Shown in pieces: positions 51,601-63,600 of a stretch of 64,000 bases of DNA. This DNA is from Octopus vulgaris (taxonomy: Eukaryota): the NCBI GenBank assembly GCA_951406725.2, contig OX597818.1, forward strand, positions 40,176,001 through 40,240,000, in the 5' to 3' direction. Every line of letters begins with the position of its first letter. Within the stretch, counting starts at the first letter, position 1. The notes beneath the pieces are model-generated. The model was not told where the DNA came from. It was given only the letters and a program-made list of their open reading frames with translations, and searched no databases. The position numbers were made by a program, and so were the translations under genes.

Positions 51601-54600
51601 GAAAATTTTAGGAAAATAAAAATAAGAAATAAGTGGAAATTTTACCAGTGAGTGTGTTAAATTATAAGGCACAAAAAGAAAATGACTCTCCCCAAACACA
51701 ACAGAATATGCTTCAACACACGAACTAACATAAAGAATCTTGCAAACCAAATCCAAAAACGAAATACAAAACTTATAAGTTTGTAGAAAACAGAACTTTT
51801 GAACTGATTTTAATTTTTAGGTGGGGCCATTTTCTTTAGTTAAGTCCCTAATACCTTTGAGATTTGTCTGAATATCATAGAATACTACTCTTTTAGTTTT
51901 TATTAAATAAAAATCTCTGCTATCATGTCTATAAGAAGCCAGTGTAAATCAAAATATGGGTGTGTTGTTATTTTTTTAATCCCATAGTAACCCTGATAGT
52001 GTAATTCTATGATAAAAGGCATTCCTGTTGTGACCATCCCACATTTTCCCTAGGAACAATGCATCAAGAACCACATTGTTCCATCTGTTCTTCTCTCATG
52101 AAGTAATAGGATGCCATTTAAGGAATGTTTGACTGCTGTTTGTGGAATGTTGAATGACAAAATACAGGCTCCTGCACTAGATCCTAAAAAAGTTACATAT
52201 TGCTTTATTGTATCTTATATATAAGCAGAATCTTTGAAAGAAATTTTGTAAGGTAGAGCAAGACTGTTTTCAGGCCTTGTTAGTGGAGGTTTCTTCTCAG
52301 AATTCATAGGGACTGTGAGATGCTTTTGTTTTTTGGCATATGAAGGAGAGTTCTCTACAGGCTTTTCTTTGGCTTTCAAGGCTTCAGACTTCAATGCAGT
52401 GGTAGAAACCACCTCTTCTTATAGGCCTTATGTATGAAGTATTCATATTAAAAGTAGAAAGTTGAGCTGTGTATGTTTAACTGTGATTATAAATTTTTGT
52501 TTCAATTTTTTATTTTCTAGAATACTGCTGCACGTGGTAGCATTGAGAACACTCAAATGCTGGTTATACAGGCAACACATACAGAAAAGTAAATATTGTT
52601 GGCATCTTTCTTTTATGCATTTTGGATTGGTTTTTTTTTTTGTTCTTTTTTAATATATTCTAAACTATTTATGAAATGTGACCATGTCTTCTTCATTATC
52701 ATTTAACTTTTACATTCGACGACTGGCACCCATGCCAATCTCCCTTCATTGGACACTAAACTCTGCTTGCGAAGACCTGTTGGGGCAAGTGAAATCGAAA
52801 TTGAACCAAATCCTATGACTGGCACCTAGCCGTTGCCAGTGCCGCTGGACTGACTCTTGTGCAGGTGGCAAGTAAAGAAACACCGTTTCGACCATGTGCT
52901 TGAGGAGACCTATTGAGTCAAGTACACCAACATCAAAAATCAATGGAAATTGTAGTTGTGATCCCTGTGCTGGTGGCACGTAAAAAGCACCAACTGATCG
53001 TGGCTGCTGCCAGCCTTGCCTGGAACCTGTGCCGGTGGCACGTAAAAAGCACCCACTACACTCATGGAGTGGTTAGCATTAGGAAGGGCATCCAGCTGTA
53101 GAAACACTGCCAGATCAGACTGGAGCCTGGTGAAGCCTTCTGGCTTCCCAGACCCCAGTCAAACCGTCCAACCCATGCCAGCATGGAAAACGGACGTTAA
53201 ACGATGATGATGATTCTTGCATGGATCAAACACAATTTGTTGAAGCAGATTTTCTATGACTAGATGACCTTCCTGTTGTCAACCTTCACCTGTTCCCAAG
53301 CAAGTTGATATTTCCCATGCCCAGATATGTTTTCCATGGAAGACTGGAAACAAAACAACCTCGCTTGTATGATAGTGATGCTTGTTTACAACCATCACAG
53401 TGTCAAAACAATGGTACACACATATATACACACACATCACTGGTTTCTTTCAGTTGTACATCTACCAAATCCTTTTTGTGTGAATGAACAGCCATAGTGT
53501 TCCATCTGTTGCATTAACTAATACTTTTACATTTGAATAAATGTAAATTTTTTAATGATTGTCTTTAATGATTATTGTTTTGTCTTCAGATATAAACATT
53601 CCTTTGAGCTTAGCACAACACAAAACAACAACAGAATTTACCAATTTGCTACAGATGAATTAGAAGAACAGACGAAATGGATGCAGGCAATAGCGAAGGT
53701 TAGTTGACAACAGAGAAATCAATTGGGTTCTTTTGCATATATTGTTGCTTTTGGGGAGCAAAATGATGGCATGAATTTAAGCTGGAAAATTGTTATTTAC
53801 CTCTAGGTCAACTGTGTTTGTGTAATGATCAGGAATATTCTCTCTGTGACCATTCCAATATTTTTTTAACAGTGCTAGTGGAGTGCTAAGAGCACCATCT
53901 GAGCGTGATACGTTGCCAGAGCAGCTGACTAGCTCCCATGCCGGTGGCACATAAAAAGCACCATTCGAGCATGATCATTACCAGCATCGCCTTACTAGCA
54001 CTTGTGCCGGTGGTACATGAAAAAACATTCGGGCGAGGTCATTGCCAGTGTTGCTGGACTGGCTCCTGTGCAGGTGGCACGTAAAAAACAGCATTTGAGT
54101 GTGGCCATTGCCAGTACCACCTGACTGGCCTTCTTGGAGTGGTTGGCGTTAGGAAGGGCATCCAGCTGTAGAAACTCTGCCAGATCAGATTGGAGCCTGG
54201 TGCAGCCATCTGGTTTGCCAGTCCTCAGTCAAATCATCCAACCCATACCAGCATAGAAAGTGGATGTTAAACGATGATGATGATGTCAAGTAATCTATTA
54301 TCCAATTTATCATTGCTGCTTCCACCATCACCAAGGTCTGATAGGCCAAAGGACTGCATCACACTCCAGTGTCTGCCTTGGCATGGTTTCTGTGGTTGAA
54401 TACCCTCCTTAACACTAACCACTTTACAAATGGAAAGGCATCCAGCTGTAAAAACCATGCCAAACCTGACCTCACCTGTGCTGGTGCCATGTAAAAAGCT
54501 CTCAATCCACTCTATGGGCTGGTTGGTGTTAGGAAGGGCATCCAACCTTAAAAACCATGCCAAAAGAGACACAGAAGTCTGTGCAGTCTTTTGCCTGGCC

Positions 54601-57600
54601 AGCTCCTGCCAAACCATTCAACCCATGCCATCATGGAAAGTGGACGTTAAACAATGATGATGATAATGAACACTAGTGAAGTTGGTGTGCAGCTTGCAGG
54701 GCTATGGGCTATGAGAGAAGCAACTTTATGCTTGGAGATGAGGAACAGAGAGGGGTAAAGTTGAAGAGAAAAGAGTCAGAGTAGAACAGGTTTCATGTTG
54801 TAGAGGAGGTACATGGTTACTCTTGCATTAGAAGAAAGGATGGGAGTGATCAGGTGGAGCTGGAGAGAGCAATAAAAATAATGGCAATGAGATAACAGGG
54901 TTGACTTTCAAGGTATGTGGTGGGTAGGAATGAGTTGGGCAGTATGATTGCGAGTGAGTGGGGGAGTAGGGGGATGCCTGATTTTTTTTTTTTTTTGTAA
55001 GCAAAGTGTAATTTCAAAGATATGTGTCTGCTATTCTTATTTCTTTACTACCCACAAGGGGCTACACACAAAGGGGACAAACAAGGACAGACAAACAGAT
55101 TAAGTCAATTTAATCAACCTTGAAAGGATGAAAGGTAAAGTCGATCTTGGTGGAATTTGAACTCAGAATGTAGTGGCAGACGAAATACTGCTAAGCATTT
55201 CACCCAGCGTGCTAACGTTTCTGCCAGTTCGCTGCCCTCAAATGTGGTTGCTATTCTTAGTAGATCAAGTGACTTTTAGGGACCCCCTCATTGACTCTTT
55301 GGTGAAGAGTAGTTGAAGCAGAAGCAGACAGAAGATAACTTAATTAGATCTGATCTAAGAATGCTGGGTTTCACAAATGGTAAAATATTGGCTCAAGTTG
55401 CATAGAATGATGCTATAATAGAGAACCATTTAACTCGTTTTACTATGGAATGACAGATGCTAAAATGGACAATGATCACCACATTTTTTGGTGGTGTTTT
55501 AAAGGAGTTGATGGCTTTAAATATTACCTCTTACTGTAACTCTAAAACCTTGCTACTCTCTCTCCCTCTGTTTCATTTAATTTCTCTCTTTCTTAAACTG
55601 TATGTGATTCACTTTCAAAAGTTGTTTGAAAGAAATACCACCCTCACCTCTCTACATGCAATAAAAAAAACCCATTACTTTCATTTTATATTCTAGGTTT
55701 TCAGTCCAAACGAAGGTTTCTCAAAAATATCAGAATCCATGTTTGACCTTGCTGGCATCTTTTATATCAAATGGCACGGAATTGTAAGTTTACATTTGTT
55801 AGTTCATTAATTTTTTTCTAGGTTGAGTTATTTAATGGGTTCCTGACACTATTTTTAATGAAATAAATACACAACCTGACTTTCAATTAATTTTGAAAAT
55901 AAGGAAAAATTTGGAGGTATTTGGTGAGGGCAAAAATAATTACAAAAAAAAAGTTTCTTTTTCATTAATTACGTCAACCCCAGTACTCAATTGGTACTTA
56001 TTTTATCGACCCTGAAAGGAGGAGAGGCAAAGTCAACCTCGGTAGAATTTGAAATCAAAATGTAAGGATGGCGATAAAGTGTCACTAAGTATTTTGTCCA
56101 GTATACTACGGATTCTGCTTGTTTGCTTCCTTAAAGACTTATATGATGGAATTATTTTTGACCTTGATGTATCATCTGCCATGTTTCTGCTTATGGTGTG
56201 TGCAATGTCCTTTTCATATTTCATTTTGAGAATTTGGTGCAGGCATGGTTGTGTGGTTAAAGAAAACACATTTTGCAACCATGTTGTTGTGGGTTCAGTC
56301 CCACTGCAGGGTGTCTTGGACAAGTGTCTCCTTCTCTAGCTCCAAATTGACTAATGCCTTGTGAGTGAATTTGGTAGGTGGAAACAGTGTGGAAGACTGT
56401 CGTGTGTGTGTGTTTGTATTTTGCTTCCCTGATATTATTTGATAACCGATGTTTTGTTTACATCCCTGTAACTTAGCAGTTCAGCAGAAGAAACTGATAG
56501 AATAAGTACCAGTATTGGAATGGTGGAGGCGAGTGGGGGGTTCCATTTGTTTGGCCAAACCCTTTAAGGCAGTGTATCAGTATGGCTGCAGACCAATGAC
56601 TGAAACTAGTAAAAGAGAGCAGATATAAGTATTGAACCTGGCCTAAGTATTTTATTTCTAAGAAAAATTACAACACCCTCTAAACATTCAAGCAACCAGA
56701 CAGCAGGCCACATGACACTTGCCCCTCCCTTGTGAGCTCACAATGCCTTCCCCCTCCATTACAACTAAGGAGGTTCTATAGCCCAAGTGAACGACCACTG
56801 ATGTAAAGGTTGTAGTTTTTATTAATTTATCATTTGTTTTAGTTTACCATATTAGAAGTTTGCAGTGTTATATATATATTTTTTGTTTTGCATGAAATCT
56901 ATAGGAATGGACCAAAAGCTGGATCATGGTGTCAGGAAAAGATTTAACATATCTAACAAATGTAAGTTTAAACTTATTGAGAATTTATTGAATCTGTTGG
57001 GAGGAAGTTTGTTATTTATGATGCTAAGTATAATCTGGACTGTTTTCTTGGCTTCGTACATAATGATGCAAAGTATGGTAAGGGAAAATGCTGTTTTTGG
57101 GTAGGGGTAATTTTTCTTTTGAAATGTTTTTATTGGATAAAGAGCTGTACACACAGCATTTACAGCCCCTCATTATGTTGGGAAGTTTATAATAATAAAA
57201 AAATGATGAAATTATTGTATACAGTGCTCAGGTGCCCCACAACTTGCCAAAAGTGCAATTAAAGCATATGCAGTAATGTACAAATGTCTGGAAAGTGAAC
57301 AGTGTATGAGTCAGGTAGATGCTTGCGTGTGTATGGAGGGGAGAAAAATCAGGTGTAGTGTTGGCGAATCTCAGGAAACATGGAACTTTTGAAGGATGCA
57401 GTGCTCCGACAACTAACAATTGATGCCGGTGGTTTGTTCCATGCTTCAGCAACTCTTAACATGAAAAAATGTTTCCAAAAATCGGGGGAGCTGTGCTGTT
57501 TTCTGATTTTGTAAACATGTCCATGGGTGTTAGACAAGTGGAGTTTGAAAAGGTGCTCAGAGTTATTGTTAGTAAGACGGTTAATAATTTTATGGGTGTC

Positions 57601-60600
57601 TGCCAAATCAGCTGCCAGACGTCAGAGTTTCAATGTATCCGTGCCCAGGGGAGTAAGGCGTTCAGAATATGGCAAATGCCTGATGGAGGATATTCCCTTG
57701 GTTGCACGTCACTGAATGGTTTCCAGACGATTAATATCCTGGGCAAGATAGGAGTTCCAGACCAGTTATGCAAATTCCAGGTGAGGCTGCACCATAGCTA
57801 TATAAAGCCTCAGATAGATAGCCGGAGAGCGGCTCACAAAGGACTTGGTGAGTGATGCCAAGACACCTTCAGCCTTCTTGGCAATTTTAGCGATGTGTTT
57901 TGTCCGGTCTGGTGTATAATTGGAAAGATGTTATACATGATGTTTAATGGGAAGAATGTTATTTTTGGTCCGCTGTGTAGTGAAATAGTTGATGTTGAAA
58001 TGGTCTCTAATAAGAATTGTTTTTTTTCCTGGTGTGAATCTTAATGGGAAATCTGTTGTACTTTATGGACAATTCTGATTTGAAAGCTGCAAAATAAGAC
58101 CAAATTATTTAATTAGTTCTACCATATTTATAGGAATAATTATTTAGTAACTCTTAGTACATTTTTAAGACTTATGTTTCAAAATTTTCTACATTTTATG
58201 ATTTTCTTTATTTAAAAGATTACATTAAGAATTTTCTCAGTAAAACCAATTCAATTATATATGATTTATCAGTGTTTCTAACTGAAGTACTTTACCATAA
58301 AAACCATAAAACTTTTTCTCATATTTTGAATGACATTCTTCCTGTATATGAATTCCATTTTTCTTAGCAAGAAAATTGCATAATTCTTAAAAAATACGAT
58401 TTGATCATTAGATTCTTTGTTCTGTTTGTATTTGTTTCCAAATTTTCTTTTTTGAAAGTGTAATAATTATGTCTGAACTATGTTGTTAATTATTACAGGA
58501 AAAAACATGGGAACATCTAGATTTAAGGAAAACTGTTAAAATGAGTGAGTATCGGGTTTTTGCTTATGTCCTTTCAAAATTATTTATGCTAACTTATTTG
58601 TTTTGATATTCATCAAGGTATTGATTTATTGATTTCTGTCATAAGCCTAAAGCTACAAGTACAGACTATTGGGAGGGGGTTGTTATGTTGTGGTGTTTCA
58701 TGCCTTTCCTGAAGACATTAATATCTTTATGTAAGAATACATAGTGATTTTTTATCTGAATATGACCTGGATGTGTGGTATTCATCATTGTCTAAAGAGT
58801 ATCAGTCAGTCATATGAACAAAGTGAGATGATTTCAGATGAGAAATGAACTGGGAACAATTTTTGCTTTATTTGCAGGATTCAGTCATTGATATTTCTTT
58901 TATTGTAAGCCTATCATTAAATCAACAACACACACAAACACTAAATAACAACAATAAAAAATAACTTTCTGAAAGATTGCTTTGTCATGGCATGTACTGA
59001 TGGAACCCACTCTTACATACTAACATATCTAGTGTTCCCCAGGGTTTTGGTTTTGTCCCCTAATACACTTCTTCTTCCCTGTTATACAGCAGTGACTGAC
59101 TTGTTATCACATTCAACAATGCCCACTTCTATCCATTTAATTCCATTCTTTATTCCTCTCTGATTCTCTGTACCCAGGAGTCTTCCACTTGCAAATAATC
59201 TGGACACTGCAGATCAAATCTGCAGACACTGTGTATAGAAACAGTGAAAACCTCCTCCAATGGAACTCCACCAATATTGTCTCCCTCAGTAACATTAAAG
59301 ACACAGTCAGTACTTCTGCCTAAACATGAACAATATGAAACTAGAACCCTAAATGTTATTCCAAATGCTAGGCCTCACCATCACTGAAAATCTGTCCTGG
59401 TGAATGCTCTTGCTGAGGAATTTCAACTGTGTTTCGTGGTCTGCTACCACAACAGCTCCTTTATAGGATCCAGTTAGCTCAAGACATCATCAGGAGGAAC
59501 CACGTCCAGTTTCGGCCCCTACTCCTCTACTGTTTTGATGTGGTGCCCCCCCTCCTTTCGGAGGTGTCTTCAGCTCTGGTGTTGGGTGCATGTCTTCTTT
59601 CTCCTTTCTTCTGTTCCCTGGCCTCTTCAATGAGTGTCAGCGGGCAACTGACTGTCTTGCTCAACACAACAAAGACTACGATTCAAAACTGTTCCCTCCC
59701 TTCAGGACCTGAAAATACTTCAATCCCCATGAACTACTAACCTTAACAAACTCTGATGAGACCCAGTATGGAGTGTTGCTCCTACATTTGGGACAGTGCT
59801 GCTACTATACTGTCAGACCTCCTAGACTACATCAAAAGTGCTTGTTGTGTGTGGTGATTGACCCAATACCTCTTGTTACTTATACAACCTGTATGTCACT
59901 ATTCCATGATAATGTATTTCAAAGCTAGTAATATCTGGAGTTGCTACTCTTCACAAGAACACTATAGCTGCTTGGGGATTACACCCTCATCTATTGGTCA
60001 CCCTTTAGCATTCAAATTAGTCTTATTTCTTTACTGCCCATGAGGGGTTATGCACAGAGGGGACAAACAAGGACAGACAAACGGATTGTCAGTTATATCA
60101 ACCCCAGTGTGTAACTGGTACTTATTTAATCAACCCTGAAAGGACGAAAGGCAAAGTCGACTTGGTGGAATTTGAACTCAGAATGTAGCGGCAGACGAAA
60201 TACTGCTAAGCATTTCACCCGGCATGCTAACGTTTCTGCCAGCTTTCATTCAAATTAGTCTGTCAAGTGTAATGTTTATTCATTCATTTTGTTTTGAATT
60301 AATCTTACATTATCTTGTAGCTTTGAGATTTCCGTGACGAGATTGTTTGTTTTTTATAATGTCATTGTAGGGTAGGTTTGAGAGGCTGGATATGGCCAGT
60401 TTGAACATAAAATGGGTTGAATATTTTGGCCGGATATGGCCAGTTTGAATAATCAGGTTTCTTAGCCAAAGTCTTTTACCTGAAGAAGTTTGAGAAACAC
60501 CAATATCAGTCAAGTATATCAAGCCTAGAACTTGTACTTATTTTTATTGAATCCGGATGGACACAAAGCAGAAATGGCCTCTGGGATTTGAATTATGAAT

Positions 60601-63600
60601 ATAAAAGGCCAGAACTAATTATAGTAAAAACATCTTGTCTGAAACTCCTAATGATTCTGCCAATCCATTGCTTAGAAAAAGATTCCCTCTCCTAAATTAA
60701 CTGATTGGTTTGAAGTTGCTCACCAGCACACTCTAACCTCTGACCCACAGATCCTGCACTTCCTGCTCTTATTAGAGTGACCTCTGCTCTTTGATGCTGG
60801 TTGACTTTGTGCCATTACCATTTAAGCATTCCCATCTCACTTCTCTCTCATCACCCATCACATTGTATTCACCTTCTCCTTGGCTATGCATTAACTGTTA
60901 CACAAAATACTTCCCCAGAACATTAACCCCATGAAATTCCCTTATTGCCCATGTTTTTCTAGCTGTAGATATGAAACTGCTCGAGTGAAATATTTTTCCA
61001 AGGTGGTATTACCAGTGTTAAAGGCGGCCGGCTGGCAGAATCGTTAGCATGCCAGGCGAAATGCTTAGTGGTATTTCATCTGCCACTACGTTCTGAATTC
61101 AAATTCCACCGAAGTTGACATTTCCTTTCATTCTTTTGGGTTCGATTAAATAAGTACCAGTTACGCACTGGGGTCGATGTAATCGACGTAATCTGTTTGT
61201 CCTCTCTGTGTTTAGTCCCTTGTGGGTAGTAAAGAAATAGGTATTACCAGTGTTGTAGAGCCTGCAAAGGCGATAAGTATAGTCCTTTCTTCCACCTAAG
61301 CTGATAAGTACAACTAGAAAAAGAAATTGACTGATTAGGAGGGTGTGTGGCACCCATGAGAATACAAGAAAATTCCTACCTAAAATAAAAAGGCGTCAGT
61401 GGCTGCTGCTGCTTCTTAAAAGGATTATCTTATATTTTGATATTCTATACTCCTACACTACCACCTGTCTCTCTTTGTGGTGTCCTTCCACAGCCTTTAT
61501 CTTGTCCTTTACGGCTTATTCATTGCATTTCTATCTCACTTGAACTTCTCTGTGTTTCCACATCTTTTTTCTTGTCTCTGAAAGCCTTTCACTTTTATTA
61601 ATTAACTCCACTTCTCTTTTCTTTCTAACACCTTTGGTCCTTGCAGTCTTTCCCCTTTTCATCTCAACCTCTCCATATTTTCCACAACTCTTCTTATTGT
61701 CTGTCACATATTTTATTTCTCTGGTTTCTATCATTTGCTCTTAAATTTATTTTATATTTCGATAAAACTGTCTTTTAACATTTATCATAAATTTATTTTC
61801 CTTTTCTTTTAGCCAAAATTAGCACACCTGATGAAAGGTGCATTGGTGCAATACAAAATAATGGGCACTGCTTTGTAGCTGTGTTTCCTAAAATGTAAGT
61901 TTTAATTTCTTATTTATGCAAGGTATGTGGCCTAATTATTAAGGTGCTGGTTTCATGATCAGAAAGTTGTACATTTGATTTATGGACCAGTCTGTATGTT
62001 ATTCTTTGATCAAAGCACTTGATTTCATGTTGCCTCAGTCCATACATAAAGCTTTGGTTGGCTTGAGGCTATAGAAGACACTTGCCCAAGGTGCCATGCA
62101 GTGGAACTGTACCTGTAACCATGTTATTCAGAAGCAAATTTCTTACCAAGCAGCCCTATTTGTGTCTATGAAGAGATAATATGCCCACAGTGAGGCGGTG
62201 AGCTGGCAGAAACGTTAGCACGCTGGGCGAAATGCTTAGTGGTATTTTGTCTGCTGCTACGTTCTGAGTTCAAATTCCACTGAAGTCGACTTTGCCTTTC
62301 ATCCTTTCGGGGTCGATAAATTAAGTACCAGTTACGCACTGGGGGGTCGATATACTCGACTTAATCCGTTTGTCTGTCCTAGTTTGTCCCCTCTATGTTT
62401 AGCCCCTTGTGGGTAGTAAAGAAATAGGTATTTCATCTGTCTGTATGCTCTGAATTCAAATTCCACTGAGGTCGACTTTGCTTCTCATTTAAGTACCAGT
62501 TGTCTACTGGAGTCGATCTAATCAACTAGCCTCCCCCACCTCCAAAAATTTCAGGCCTTGTATTTAGAGTAGTAAAGAATATGCCCACAGTGAGATTTGA
62601 ACTTTCTAATCACATATCCATACCTGTAATTCATACCTGTTGTTTTATGCAATTGAAATGAAACAGCAGACAAATGTGATTATCTACGTCACATAATTAT
62701 TTTTACCCAAAGTCTGTGTTGTTCTTATTTTTCTATTTACTGTTATTTATGCTAATATCATGTAACTGGCATCAGTGCCAGTGACACATAAAAAAAGCAC
62801 CCTTCGAACTTTGGGCCTCATGGAGGCAGTGACAGGTGACCAAGATCCTTGGCGATATACTGTGCTTGAGAAGACATGTCAAGCCAAGTGAGATCGCAGT
62901 CATTGCTGATGCCGCTGGCATGTAGAAACCACCCACTACCCTCTTGGGGTGATTGATATTATGAAGGGCATCCAGCTTTAGAAACCATGCCAGATCAGAT
63001 TGAAACCTGGTGCAAGCTTACCAGTTTTCAGTCAAACCATCCAATCCATGCCAGCATGGAAAGCAGATGCTAAATTATGATGATGATAATGATGATGATA
63101 TCTTTTTCTTTTCTTTTCCTTCTTTCAGAGCTCTTTATTTACAAGCTGACTTACAGCATGACACTGAACGATTAGCAACATTGATGCAAAAAGCAACAGT
63201 TGTAAGTTTGCTCTTTTATTCTTTATATTCTTTTACTTGTTTCAGTCATTTGATTGCGGCCATGCTAGAGCACCACCTTAAAGGATTTTAGTCAAAGAAA
63301 TCAAGTCCAGGACTTATTCTTTGTAAGCCTAGTACTTACTCTATTGGCTCCTTTTGCTAAACCGCTAACTTACAGGGACGTAAACACACCAGCATCGGTT
63401 GTCAAGTAATAGCAGAGGGACAAACACAGACACACAAATATATACACATATCTCTCTCTCTCTCTCTTTATATATATACATGCATACCTACACACATACA
63501 TATACAGCAGGCTTCTTTTAGTTTCTGTCTGCCAAATCCACTCACAAGGCTTTGGTTAGCCTGAGGCTATAGTAAAAGACACTTGCCCAAGGTGCCATAC

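Noticed and set aside
59753-59790. ctgatgag suggesting a hammerhead core
   Set aside because: No stem II or GAAA follows; it is the LMRPSMEC coding relic of a LINE.
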